DNA of 64,000 bases from Dimorphilus gyrociliatus (GCA_904063045.1 CAJFCJ010000018.1:558001-622000), one strand, 5' to 3'. Positions 1 through 14,005 are shown, numbered from the stretch's first letter. Translations and numbers: made by a program. The notes: generated by a model not told the origin, from the letters alone.

Positions 1-708
1 GTCAATAAAAAGCCAATAAAGAGTTTAGTTATCATTTTATGATACGGGTTTGAAGTATAGTGTTTACCAGAAACAAACTTCATTCCTATTCTAGTAGATA
101 TACTCAATGCTAGGTAAAAAGAGGGAGAAGTTAAATTCAACAGCAAGTGGAAGACTGCTTCTTACTAGAATTTAAAAATAAAATGACTCTCTCCGAAATG
201 GGTTTGAATTTTAAAGTGACGCCATTCTGGTTACTTTTATATATGTTATTGATTTTTCTCGACACCCTCGAGGTGGATTTGATTATTGGAGTTAGCTTGT
301 CAAACCAGGCGTCATCTTAATGTCGAGACGTAATAGATCTATCAAGGGGGTAGAAGTAATTAGCAAGATCGATGTAAAATCTTTTCGAAAGAAAGTGAGA
401 GTCAAAAGCTGCTTACAGTTTAAACTCAACTTCTGAACTTGAAGAATAATAAGTGAAAAATGCGCGTGTCAAAGATGATTATGATCCGGAAGACGTAATT
501 TTTATCTGTCTTTTAAGCACACCTATATTCTATTTTGCACGATACAGTGAAATGCGAGATTTATTCACGTCATGTTTTCATTGAGTATATAACATATTAA
601 ACAGAAATAAGACGTCTATGTTGTATTCGCATAGTGGTACACCAAGTGGTAGACCAGACTCACTCTCCAGGTGACGCTATTTTCGTCTTTGTTAATTCTT
701 AACAGAAG

Positions 709-2998
709 ATGACTTCGAGCAGTAACAATTCATCAGTTGCTGATTATAGAAATGAAAAATTGGCTTTAATTGAAATATATGTTCTCTCATGCATTCTTTT
801 ATCTGCGATTGTTGGAAATTCGATTGTATTAGCATTACTCATCTATCGAAGAGGACGACGAAAATTAACTAATATAAAGTTGCTTATAATGCACTTGTCA
901 TTGGCAGATCTTTTCGTTGCGTTCTTCAACGTTTTACCTCAGTTGGCTTGGGATGTTACTTTTCGCTTTCAGGGACCAGATAGTTTGTGCCGGCTAGTAA
1001 AATACTTTCAGGTATTCTTATTAATTTTTTTTTGAAGCTAAGAATTTGCCAAGTTTCTTATTGAATTCGTTGCCTCCCGCAGGTAGTTGCCATGTTTGCT
1101 TCCTCCTATATTCTGGTTACGACAGCGGTAGATAGATATGTTGCAGTTTGTCACCCACTCGTTTCTCATACCATAGGACGAAAAAGGGTTTATGTTCTTA
1201 TCTCTGTAGCTTGGGTATTATCCTTAATTTTCTCCGGTGAGCTCCTATTTCCCTTATAATTTAAGAATATTCTTTTCGCAAATTATAAATATCATATTAT
1301 CAATACTCAAATTCCTATAAACTCAATCGTAAATATTTAGAACTATTTGTGCTTCTGTATTATTTTCATATATAAAAAAAGATGTTTGATGGTTAGAATT
1401 TATTGAAAACTTTTGGGATATTTTAAGAGAATGTTAAGTTTTACATTAATAACAACCAGTCCGAGCCAAATACTTTTAAATAACATATCATTTCTTCGAT
1501 ACTATTATATACATGCGCTCAGTGGTCTCATTTATCCTTCCAATTTTGTATAGATGCAAGCTGAGAAACCTGCAATATCCGAATTTTTGCCGAATATGCT
1601 AATTATTTTTGTTCTAAGATACCTTATATTTAATAATCTAACAAAATGTACTAATGTTAATGAAAAATTTTCATATGAAAATTTACAAGATAGATATATA
1701 CGGCTAAGAAGTTGATAAGGTTTAAGAAATTTTATGACGTCATAGTGATAAAAATCACAGAAGCTTTCTGCCTTCTGCTCATATTCCATTAATATCAGAT
1801 TCAGGGACATTGAACTGATACTAATAGCTAGATTTAATTATTCTTAGCTTTGTCCAGTAGAATAGTTCTTCATATTTTTAAGTTTAAATAGTTTAAATAG
1901 TTTTTGGGACTCAATATTATTAACATGATGCAACAACATGATTTGACTTTTAAAGATTCACTTATTAAATTTTTGCTACAAAAATTTTATTAGACATTTC
2001 TTTGTGATTGTATTCATCACAATATTGAACTTTACAGTGCCTCAGCTGTTCATTTTTTCAAAACAAAGAATACAAAATGCCACCACCGTTCTAGATTGTA
2101 TGGCATCTTTCCAGTTGGTTTGCAATATCATTTTGATACATTTAGTATTTATTATCCCCCCTATTTTAGACCTAATTGGACGCTAAAATTATATATTACA
2201 TGGATTTCTCTTGCTATTTATGTTCTGCCTACATTTATTCTGATCATTGCCTATTGGAAAATATGCAGTCGCGTATGGCAGAGTGTCAACTCAAAAACTC
2301 TTCGGAAACCTGAAAGTTCTACTCTACTTCGAGATAGTTCTGATTTTCCAAGAGCACATGTTCGAGTTATGTCGTCAAGTAAAGTGAAAACCGTGAAGCT
2401 CACGTTGACTGTAATTTTGTGCTATTTGGCATGTTGGACACCATTTTTTGTTGCACAGTTATGGGCCGCTTGGGATTCTGGAGCACCGTTTACAGGTACG
2501 ATTCAAATTTTCCACTTAACGACATTAAAATGAATTTCGGCACATAAATAATAAATCGCTGCCATAAATTTTACATTGTTCAAGCAAATTTAAACTAACA
2601 AATATACTGTAGATTATTGCAAACAACTGAAAATATAACACTATTTAATTTGCAATTTAATATTAGCATCTACAATATAACTTTCTAATTAAAGAAATTC
2701 AATAAGACTTGTTTTAGGCTTGAAAACGGATACAAGTGTCAATAATTAAACTGATTACAATAATGAATTCCTTTTAGGTCATGTATTCACCATAATTCTC
2801 CTACTGGCCAATTTGAACTCTACAACAAATCCAATTATCTATTTCCTCTTCTCTGAATCATTTACAAAGTGCTTAAAGAGACGACATCGAAGAGCGAGAG
2901 ACTCTACAGAATTGGTAGTACTGCCATCTACTGGTAGAAATGAATATCGGGATGAAAATTTAATAGAGTCTTCAAGTGTTCTCAACCGACCTTGTTAA
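709..2998 (+). CDS. Vasopressin/oxytocin-type (vasotocin/annetocin-like) neuropeptide GPCR, 5 exons, about 359 aa
   Basis: Exons 709-1011, 1083-1236, 2038-2113, 2170-2495 and 2778-2998 join in frame across GT-AG introns of 71, 801, 56 and 282 nt. Motifs include [68 protein letters not shown] and NPIIY. The TM2-ECL1 and TM6 segments are typical of OT/VP receptors. Confidence 0.9.
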
Positions 2999-5900
2999 TG
3001 ATTGTTTAATTAGTTTCTCTGTATGCAAATGGTTATGACATATATTTATTACGGAGTTACACATGGTGAAAAATGATGTTTTTACGGCACCTGTCGTATG
3101 ACCTTTACCATAGATAATCCGCTTAAATAAATGACAGCGCATAAAATTCTATGACAGCTTTTGTTAATGAAACATTGTGCAAAGTTATTGAATTATAATT
3201 TAATTTACATTTTAAAAAAAGTGACAACATTTTATTCATATTTAGATAGTTTTATTTGAATTCAAATGCACGTAGATATATCAGAATTCGCAAATTAAGA
3301 ATTACAAACTCTTTTATTTCATATACATAATTAATAAGAAAATCGATAAATTTTTTCTGAAACCACTTTACAAAGCGTCTTTTGACTCGACCTAAACCGC
3401 TGCGCGGATATGTTTAATGGCTTGTAGGCGGTATTCGGCCATGATAAAGCGAAACCGGTTTCTCAATAACGGTGTAAATCATCTTTGCTACAACTTCAAA
3501 TTGTCCTTTCAATAGCTCTATGAATAAAAAGAAATATAAATTTTTTTAGTCGTCGTCTCTGAAATCGATATAAGCAAATATAAATTCAACGTTGAGAGAA
3601 ATTTAGAGAAAATTTTAAAGTTTATCTTGTGCTAAAAAGTTTACAAGTTTTTTTTACATTCTCATTAATATTCACTAGTCCTTGGAGCATCTATAATCTT
3701 AAATTAAGTAACTCTTCTATTTGATTTTTGTAGTATAAAGATTTCTTGACCCAAATGTACCTGCCAGTAATGCCAGTTAGGGGATATTTAGGACCTATTC
3801 CTGATAAATTTAAGTTAAAAAAAGGGTTTACTCGCATAGGAGTAGGTAAAAGAAATTAAAAAGAAGATTCTCTTGATGAATCTAACTGATTTTAGGTATT
3901 GTTTAACATACATAATTAGTATAAACTATCATGCAGTAATAAATAATGCTGTATACAAAATATTTTATAAACATTGTTTATATTTCTATTCAGACACATA
4001 TCTGTATCTCTATATTAATTTAGATGCATATAGACTAATGTATCTATGCAGGCAGATAGACCATGTGGTCTATAAACGAATCGAATTAGGTCAGTGCTAT
4101 CTACCGTCTGTTAAACATTTTCTCACAATTTGTTTGTGGTAGCCCACCCGCAGTTCGTATGCAAATGTATGATCACATGGTACATTGACGAAAGCTGATT
4201 GGTGAACTGTTTAGCGGCTGTCTTATTTTGTAAAGTAAGTAATTTTGAGTCGAACATTTGGTGCGTAATATTATCAAGAAGTAATTTTGTCTGCTTGATG
4301 CAGAGAATGCACTGTTAAGTAAATCTCAACGAGAAAAAAAGAATAAAAAGGACCGGTAATTTGTACGACATAAAGAAAACATAAGGTTAGTTATAAAACG
4401 TATTTTTATTGTTATTTTACATGCACCGCGACACTTTGGATCGTGTTGCCCTGGTTAAAAACTTGAGCAACGATTAAAACAATTTAATTATTAAATAATT
4501 CAGACATCAAACAAGTGTATAAGAGACAAAAGAGCGTACTTCTAAAGTTTAAAGCGAAAAAATGAGATTTCTAAACCATTTATCTTGAAAATGAAACATA
4601 ATGAAATGTCAGCTATCATTGTGATAAAGAAATTGGAATTAAAAAAAGATTTTCAATAGTAGAATTGTTAAGCAAATAGCTAAAAATTATATCGATACAA
4701 AATTAAAAGATCATAACATGAGATTGAATTTGTATATCCGTACTGCTATTAGTCATTCTTCAAGCAGCCATGACAAAAATTGAGTATTAGAATAAAAAAG
4801 AACATTCGCTTTTCACATGAGGGCGGTTAGAAATTTGAAGTATAAACTCGTGTACATTTATTTCTATTGTAACAAGTGTACTTATGGTGATGTAACAGAT
4901 GGAAATTTTAAATATAATACACTTTGCATTACTTCTTTAGCCAGGTGTGCTTAATCGTATGACCCGAGTCGTTCATTCAATTCCACCTTAATTCAATATG
5001 CTGGTACGTTTAATTTATCATACATCGATAGATATTTGAAGTATATTTATTATTACGTCAAACACTCTTAAGTGTATGTCAAATTAAACTTGAATAATTT
5101 ACGGTGCCACTGTATTTAACAATTCACTGAATGAAACAATTATAACAGTACGCCTCTTATAATTTTCGATCATTTTTTGATACTTAACGTATTATAGAAC
5201 TTAAAAACACCATATCACTTACTAATGACATAAAATCATATAGATTAAATCTAAAACATCCTATAAAAATAACTGGAACCCTTTTCGAACATTTAAACAC
5301 GCAACTTTTCAATTCGTTTTTCTTGTCAATAAGTTGTTTGAATATAGGAAATGTGCTGACATAATTGATAATCGTTCAAGATAATTTTCTTGTAGATGAG
5401 ATAAAAATATACAATGATCCTTCATGTCAACAACAATAACTGTTAACAATATATAGAAAATTGCTCGACATTGTTGATTATCATTTTCGATAACTTCCTC
5501 GCAATGAAAAATCATTTATCACTTATAATTGGTTCTGTTCGATTTTATTTTCTTCATTCTTATTAACTTTATGACGTCTACAGTCTTAGGTTTTGCTTTT
5601 TCGAATATCAACAAAAATAAAAGGATTAATGTTTTAAAGTTTTCTTTGTAAAGACATTCCTAATTCTTAACTAAGTTATTTGGTCGCCCAATTTAAATTT
5701 CGACCACTATAAAACCCTAAATTTCGAAAGCGGGTATTAAAAATTGTACGCGGGTGTCAATCCGATTCTTTATCGAAATAAACTGAACAAAACTCCAAAT
5801 TTATCAGCTTCGTATTGAAAAATGCAATAAAAGCCGTATAAAGAAAAGGCCTAACTTAAAACAGTAGCTTCGTTCGTTGAGAGTCACAAGGGCCGGCCAC

Positions 5901-6590
5901 TTGAACATGCTAGTAAACAATTCACATTCAATATAAAGCTTTGATCTTTGCCGATTTATGACTCGATCACGGAATGCAAGGATTCGATGTCGTAACTTTT
6001 TATTTCCTTCTTTGAGTTCCAGTTATTCGGCATTCGAACAGTGAAACTGCTTGAGACAACAATTTTGTTCATTCGCAAATTTATCGACTGACCCATTTCG
6101 TTAGAACAATGTAACTATGGAGCGATAATTCAGGAATTTATATATTTGCACAGGCAAATATATCTATGTTTTAAGTGTTTGGATGTATTCTCCTAATTTT
6201 CAAATACTTGTGAGTATTCACTTTGCTGCTTCAAAATTCTGTATTTGAAAAATGTAACAAGAAGCTTATTCGCCTAAGAAGTAGGTCACTTTGAGCGACA
6301 GCTTTGTAGAAATAGATTTTACCAAGAGTCTATTCGATTATAAAAATAGAAACGTGTGCACTTGTTTGTATTTGACATAAGGAGAGATGTTTCGTATTAG
6401 CATTATTTCTCGTATAAAGTAAGACTACATAAATATATATATATGAGTAAAAATAGTAAATATATAAATTAATTTATTGTTTTACTGGGGCAGAATTGAA
6501 ATATAAAGACGGTAACAGTATTAAAATTCATATTGCAGTCTGTACATGTAAGCAGAGGCGTATTTTAAAATATCAAGATCAACTTTATTA

Positions 6591-6673
6591 AAACGCTTAT
6601 TGTTTTTACCCTGTAATCAGATGGGGTATATTACGAATCATCCCAGCTGATTCTAGGTAATAACAATACGTTT
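6591..6673 (+). ncRNA. Candidate MIR-10-family pre-miRNA 5' of Post2 (possibly miR-1991-like)
   Basis: Hand-folded stem of about 30 bp with a 12-nt loop (6628-6639). The 5' arm UUACCCUGUAAUCAGAUGGGGU (6606-6627) carries the miR-10 seed ACCCUGU and pairs with 6640-6660. Basal stems TATTGTT/AACAATA and AAACG/CGTTT extend it. Confidence 0.6.
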
Positions 6674-8260
6674 AACAAGCTTCAGGAGATAAAAAGCAGA
6701 CACTTTAATTAATGAAATTTTATATGCTCTTAACAATATTATTTTTCAATTATACTTTTATATATCTAAAACATAAAACACTTAATAGAAACAAATTTAC
6801 AAAACTGATTTTAAATTTAAGAACCTAATGAATTGACCAGTCCGTAGAAAAAAATTAAATAATGATAATATTCATTTGAACTCGGAAAGAATAAAATCGG
6901 AAGATATATAGAGTAATTGAAAATGCGAGGTGGATCTGCTTGAACGCACTATTTATTTTCTAAGGCTTCTAAGTTGTAAAACAATTAATTGAGAATTTTT
7001 AATGTAGAATACAAAAAGACAGCTGTTGCTTTTGTATGAACGTACAGAAAAAACATATACATATTTGAACATGAATACTATACTTAGATATACGGCATAC
7101 ATGTCTACATCTAGATATACATACACACACACATATATATATATATATATATCAAAAAATATAATTCAATGTTAATGCAATGTTCAAAATCCATACGATT
7201 TGTTAGTATCATGGTGTCCGATAATTAAAATTTTTTATGTGAAGATTTTCCTGTATGAAACCATAGAACTGTACTTAATGCATTGTTAACTTATATTTAA
7301 GGTTCATAGTTGAATAATTATGAGTACTCTTTAAGAAATTATTTTGATGTTTGAGCTCTCTAATATGAAAAACTTTCATACTACAAACTATAAATCAATA
7401 TAGCTCAGACTCTATCAATATTTTATCAATTTTTACAACATTTGCTACCGACAGACACAATTGTCTCTCTTGAATTTTATGACCAAATTCAGCGTCTGTT
7501 TTTCTTTCCGTCTTGTTCGTTTATTGCCCCTCCTTTCTTTAACTAACCGGCAAAATTGAATAGAAAGATTTTCTCGGATTAGTCCTATTGTTTAGTCGAA
7601 CCTGCCATAAACATTTTTATCTAAATTGTTACGCCATTTTTATATTTCTAATTTAGAAATTTAACGAAGAGCGTCATCAGCCTAAAAGAAGTTTGAGTGG
7701 ATGACCTAAATGCATAATGAGTGTTAACGCTTTCGCTTCTGCGTGTAGTTAAGTGCTGCGGCGCGCAGAGTTGTTGTGTATTTATACATAATTTTGAGTA
7801 GTAAAAATTCTTCAAAAATGAAATCTCTTTCAAAATAATGGAAATTAAAGACGCAAACTTCATATAATATACTAGAGACGCAAGACTGCTTTCTTTTTTA
7901 TTAGACATGTAACAATTTAGGGATTTTCAACCTCTGAGAGTTGGGATTCATCATACGCAAGCTGCAACTTACAGAAGAGAAAACGAAACTGTATTAAAAA
8001 ACTAAAGGACTTAGCTCTCTTTGGTTGAGGCAATTTAATTCGTTACATAGATAGGAAAATTCCTACGCCAATCGAGAAAAATAGTCCCCTAGCAAATTAT
8101 ATTACTGCGCGCATTTCGCACATCGCCATTTCCCTGCTGTGTCTCGAGCGCTTTTTTGAACAACTGCATTTAACTTTGAGGAAATTTCGCAAATGCCAAG
8201 AGATATACTCTACTTAGTGTTCTCGAAAGATCTTATGTGACTTGGTGACAGCGTAAATAT

Positions 8261-8279
8261 TGCCCTCTAGATGGCGCTA
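8261..8279 (+). promoter_or_regulatory. CTCF-like binding site at the posterior edge of the Hox cluster
   Basis: TGCCCTCTAGATGGCGCTA closely matches the CTCF core (CCnCnAGRKGGCGC), about 200 bp upstream of the Post2 ATG. Confidence 0.6.
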
Positions 8280-8479
8280 CTGTATCATACATTGTAATAA
8301 ACTCAAACAGTTTGTCTGCCAATACACTTGACCCGCATGGAAGGTCAAATAGTGATCGTTTAATACAATTTGGTAAGATAAATCACTGTTAGTTGGTTAT
8401 TTATGTGAGAAAATTTCTTCCAACTCTTTACAAGTGTTTTTTAATAATTTCATATTTTTTTTAATTAGGACTTAGAGAA

Positions 8480-9388
8480 ATGGAAACATCGGCTTCCACC
8501 GATCTCGATGTTGGGAGGCGTCCCATGATGAATGCATGGACTGCCTCAGACGCTCCTAATTTATCTCAGATACCGCAATTTTGCAATTTCACGGCAAACA
8601 CACCGTCTTGTAGTTCGATGAACTCATTTAATTCACCGAATCGTATCTCATCATATGCCCCAGAGTACTCGATGACGTCACAGCTTCAGCAGACTTTTCC
8701 CTCCATGAATCCAACCTTTAACTCGAGGACGAACTTACCTTTCTACAATGATATGTATGGACCGTCAGGAACTAGTAATGGTGGAGGTTTTGTTCCAACA
8801 GAATTTCCAGGAGGCATGGGTTCATTATCTAGATTTGAACAGGATCCTAATTTTTACGGCGATACCGCACCTCAAAGTGGAGGTAAGAGGCATGAAATTT
8901 AAGAATATAACTTTTGTAAAATTTTGAAAACTATTAAAAGTTACTAAAAATTAACGTTCGTCTGTAAGTAATTAAAATCTATAGTCTATATGGTTAGATT
9001 ACAATAATTGAATCCAGTATACAGCAAAAAAAGAGCTATTGTAACTTTCTATTCAGATCAACCTCGACAGAGGAAAAAACGTAAGCCTTATACTCGATAC
9101 CAAACTATGGTGTTGGAGTCGGAATTTTTGGGAAATTCCTATATAACTAGGCAAAAAAGATGGGAAATTTCATGTAAACTTCAGCTGACCGAACGACAGG
9201 TACATATGACTATAATATTTTTTAAAAAAAAAGAGATTAGCCATTATTTATCAATTTAGGTGAAAGTTTGGTTTCAAAATCGTCGAATGAAGAAAAAAAA
9301 ACTGGTTGAAAGATCGAAGACAATGATCAAAAATGATGGAATGGATGAGAAAAGAAGCAATAACATTAACGTCAACTCATTTGCATAA
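8480..9388 (+). CDS. Post2: Posterior Hox protein Post2, 3 exons, about 224 aa
   Basis: Exons 8480-8882, 9057-9199 and 9260-9388. The homeodomain [43 protein letters not shown]|[15 protein letters not shown] has the Post2-specific residues. A 60-nt intron lies between homeodomain codons 44 and 45. Confidence 0.95.
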
Positions 9389-9448
9389 TTTGCCATAATT
9401 TCCTGTGCCCTATATTTCTACTACTTTTTCGTGTATAGTTTGTGTAAA

Positions 9449-9468
9449 ATATATATATATATATATAT
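9449..9468. repeat. (AT)n microsatellite
   Basis: About 10 AT units just 3' of the Post2 stop codon. Confidence 0.8.
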
Positions 9469-12400
9469 TTACGAATCGAAGTGGCCTATATTTGTATTTG
9501 TGAGAAACATTATAGAATAATGTTAAATTTTTGTTTTGGTATGTGCTTTGACATAGCGGGCTAGTCTTTTTTCCAATATATTTTGTGCTTGTATTATGTA
9601 TTTTTAATCAATTTATTAGTGCTAATAAGAGATTTATTTATCCATACTTATATTCAGTATACAGTTGTATTTAATATTTTACATGTATTGTATGCGATTG
9701 TTTTTTTAATAAAAAAGATTGAAAATAGTTGAAATTTATATAGAAACGAAAAAATCTACTTTTTCTCCTTAAATCATTTCTTCAGTCGAATTTTTAGTTT
9801 TATGAAGCCTTTGGAGCCACCAAATCGGCGGGGGTTTTATTTTCAATATTAAATACCTGATGTAAATCTCTCTACCGGCTGTTTATGATGATTAATAATT
9901 TGATAAGAAACTTAATTGCAATATAAATCATTATTCGTGTAACTATGTATATATATATATACATATGTAGGGAAATTTATTTATATCTAATGCATATTCA
10001 TATGTTTAACATGCTGTTAAAACTTTTATTCAAAACAATTAAAATTCTCCCGAAAAATAAAATGATTAACATATTTCCATATTCCTTTTCCATTATACCC
10101 TTGTAAAACAAGAAATAAACTATTTTTCACAGCCAATGAAAAGGAATATCTAATGAAATATCTGTAGTCGATAGTAATTTCTTCATGACTAAGCACGAAA
10201 GTTTTAGCAGGATATGCACTCAAATCCTAATTACCTATTAATCTTCGTTGAGGTAGACAGTACAAAAAATTCTAAAAAGTTAAAACCGTCAAATTGCTTC
10301 AATATTTTTGCACCTGTGTGCGTTAACAAACCGTCGGCAAACTTCAAACGTTTGAAAGCGTCTGATAACAGTAAAAGGTCTACGTAAGAACGTCATAAAA
10401 TAATCGTGAATTGTATACGCTTCAGGACAGAACGAACTAAACATATGTTTTATTACATATATTCACTGCTTTGGTTATAGTTCTTACAGAGGACGCGTGG
10501 TTTATGTATATTGATATATGCAGGAGCAATTTTAGCAAGTATCCGTTAAAATCTTTCACCATTTCAATTTTTCAATGAGAAAGGATTAATTATGCATATT
10601 TAGATACGCTATTTTTATATAACATATACTTTATACCTTAATTTTTTACGTTATAGTTGAAATTTAATTAAAACTACTTTCCTTTGAGTAATAACAACAT
10701 TAGGTACTTCTTCAATATATACAAAAAAAGCACACTTTCCATTATAAAACCCCTTTCGATACTCTTCGAATTAAAAATTAATAATACGCTTTCTAGTTTG
10801 CTTTTATCCTTTATACTTTTATTATAAAACTTTTAACAAATAATAAAGTTTTTAACTTTCACAAAGTGGTATATGATTTGATATTTACCTGTAATTAAGA
10901 ACATTGATATCCTCTCATCTTTTCTGGAACGAAACAACAAATCCAACAAGCAAATTGAGCAGGCGAGTATAAATAAGGAAATAAGAGAATTTTTTATGAG
11001 AAAAAGTCAATTCTGATTGGTTTCATATACGAATTTATTCTCTTTTAACGATCCAGAGACGATTGTAACGAAACAATACGATCGTGCCTATTAGCGACAA
11101 TTTCATCCAAGTTTTACTGCTAGCTGAACAACTTTATTATCGTTTATATCGTTCTTTTCTTATACTTATAGACTTCAGGCCTATACTATTGTGGTTCTTT
11201 TTCTCCTTCAGCAATAATACGCTCGCACTTATGACTTCGACAAGATAAACATGCTTTCAAGCTGTCTGTAAATTCTCTTAATATCTATATAAGGCAGCTT
11301 AACGATTAACTTTTTTGTTTCCGCCTTTTCTCACAATTAACATTTTCTTCTCGTAATGTGTCAAAAATTGAATCGAGGACGCCATCTCTGTGTTCAATCC
11401 TACTGTTTGATAATTTTATAGTTTTCAGGGGGCAGCACCATCTTACCATCGCTATTACTTACCTTACATTTTCAAAAAAATTACATTTCTAGGCTTTAGT
11501 ATAAATAGACAGATATATACAAATCAGTACAATCGACGACAGTTAAGAGAATAGGCTATAAATTCTCCCTTAATAGGCTCATACACTTACTCCTGACAGT
11601 TGTCTTTGCAATTTCAAAGCTAGTGTATGAATTGAGAAGCAAATGTTATCTCTTCAAAGACTTTTTCCTATCCGAGTGTTTAAATCTTTAGTATGCTCCA
11701 CCTATAGATCGATTATTAAAGTGTATATCAAAGGAAAAAATCTGATATTGTAAAAAGACACTTTCTAGTTCATTGCAGTTTATAAAACAAATCTATAAAG
11801 CGAACTGATTGAATAGATCTTCTTCAAATTGAATACGATAGTTTTTAGTAAAAAGGAAAGATACAAAGAAATGATATATCTACCAGGTCTATGATAGATA
11901 TAAAATGACAAGAAGTTAATGCATGGATCATATGAAATGGGTAACCAGTTGAGAATATTAGCAACACAAAACAATTGGTTTCTGTCTGCAGAAAGAAACC
12001 AGAATTCGAAAGTAATTGATTACAACTAGAGCTCTTGAGAAAGGAGATATTCTTAAAGAAGCTGAAGATAAAAAATATAGCAAATGTTTACATTGAACTA
12101 TTCTGTCGCTTTTATTCTGTGTCAATGAACGTTAAAAAACCGGATCTTAATGTACAAGAATAAAAACAGATATTTTTAGAACAATTGAAAAAAAGAAAAA
12201 AACATAAGGGAATTCTAGATAAAGTTCTACCATGTAGTAACAATACTTTGAAACCACATATGTCAAAATCAATCATTATATGCCCTAAAACTCTTAAACG
12301 TTCTTTCTTAAACAGTTTCTAAATTTCCTAGAGCTAAGAACATTCTAAGAGTTTATTTATATTTTAAAATTACGTAAAACGACAGAATGGCTCGTTAGAA

Positions 12401-12863
12401 ACCTATAAAATCATGTGTGGTCTTTGTTGAGTCCGTGTTAACACTGCATAATAAAAATCGCAGATAAATATTCTTAAATGATAAATTGTGTTAAATTTTT
12501 TAATATTATCAAATTTTATTAAATTTTTATTACTATTAGTTACATTCTATCATGAACTTCTTGAAAGGATTCTCTTTCAAGTCGTTAATTTATATTCATT
12601 GCATATAGTATTCTGTAGAAAAGAACTTACAGCACATGTGGAACTTCGAAAGTAGTCCCAAAAAGAGTTAGTAATAAATTTTCTTAGCAACAGCAACTAC
12701 TGATTGGCTACTGAAAAAAATGATTTGCATAAGATTCACCGATAGATGGCATAATAGTTGCTCTCCCCTAACATGCTACCCTGCTGTGAACGAGTGATGT
12801 ATATTCATGTTTTTATGGTTCACTACTTTATTTAACACTTTGTTTTTTAACTAATACAAAATA

Positions 12864-14005
12864 ATGAACTATTTTCATAATTCTCTCATGCCTGGATTAT
12901 CCACTGTAGAGAGTGGTTTTTCAATGAGATATGACTATAATCAATATTCACACGAGCAAGCTATTCGAGATCAGCAATTTGTTCATATTGACGGTCAACT
13001 TCATCACAATCTGTCTCCTTGGAATGAACTGCAATCCGCCAATATTTCTCATTCAAGTTTCAACGGCGAAATTCACAACACTGAGCAAACCCATAACGGA
13101 ATTTGTTCAAACACAGTTTTTCAAGCCCCTGCTCCCTATTATCCGTGGATGGGAGTAGTTGGTAAGACATTTTTCCCTTAAAAAACGACTAGCTATAATT
13201 AATTAGTCAATCGAGATTTATTCCCCAAGATATGATAACATTTCTTGGCTTCTTTATGTAAAAACGATTTGATATATGTTCCACAATAAATGTTAGTAAT
13301 TTTATTGTTTATTTATAATACCATCTGCTGTCAATAATTTATAAAGTATACTTTATTAAGTATTATGATGTTGTAAAAGGGATCTTTAGTAATGAGGAAG
13401 AGTAAATATGGTATCTTTGTACAAATGTTACTTTGAGGAGTAAAACTAAAAGAAGTTCATCCTAGCATAGAGTATGTTGAGAAATAATTAGCTATTTGTA
13501 ACAGATGGTTTATATTCATACCTTTTTTTATAATTATGTATATAATTGGCCTCAATTGTATGTTTGGCATAAGCGGTTTTTAATGAGATTTAATCTAAAT
13601 TATATTTAATATACTTTCTACATAACTGCTTCAAGAGAAATTTAGAAATTCATTTTATCCTGACATTTGATAAATTTTAAGACGACTTTCCATCTCTTTT
13701 CTTACTTTGATGTCTATTGACTTTCCTCAGGTCCTAATTCAACACAGAGGAGAAGGGGAAGACAAACTTATAGCCGTTTTCAGACATTAGAACTAGAAAA
13801 GGAATTTCAATTTAACCATTATTTAACAAGGAAGCGACGCATTGAAATTGCTCATAACTTGTGTTTAACGGAAAGACAAATAAAAATTTGGTTCCAGAAT
13901 AGAAGAATGAAATTGAAAAAAGAGAGACAGCAAATTAAGGATATGAATAGTGTAAAGAATGATGGCAAAAAGAAAAATGAAAAGGAGAAAGTGATCACAA
14001 CATAA
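12864..14005 (+). CDS. Lox4: Central Hox protein Lox4, 2 exons, about 190 aa
   Basis: Exons 12864-13161 and 13731-14005. Sequence YYPWMGVV|[84 protein letters not shown] and the UbdA-like ERQQIK parapeptide identify Lox4 rather than Lox2. Confidence 0.93.

Noticed and set aside
709-2998. GPCR as a CCAP/NPS-type receptor because TM7 reads NSTTNPIIY rather than NSCCNPWIY
   Set aside because: TM1, TM2-ECL1 ([23 protein letters not shown]) and TM6 (CWTPFF..Q.W..WD) match OT/VP receptors much better. A phylogeny would settle it.
8337-8468. Possible Post2 5' UTR intron (donor 8373, acceptor 8468) with an 8-codon uORF at 8337
   Set aside because: Plausible, but a CCAAT at 8319 equally suggests initiation downstream of the donor; cannot be resolved without transcripts.
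9652-9662. 11-nt match (GTATACTGAAT on the minus strand) to arthropod miR-iab-4, at the Post2-Lox4 position
   Set aside because: No complementary arm or hairpin, and it is not a seed match; expected by chance in AT-rich DNA.
12777-12835. TACCCTG (miR-10-like start) in the Lox4 leader
   Set aside because: Only a 6-bp stem (GTGAAC/GTTCAC); the seed region is unpaired.
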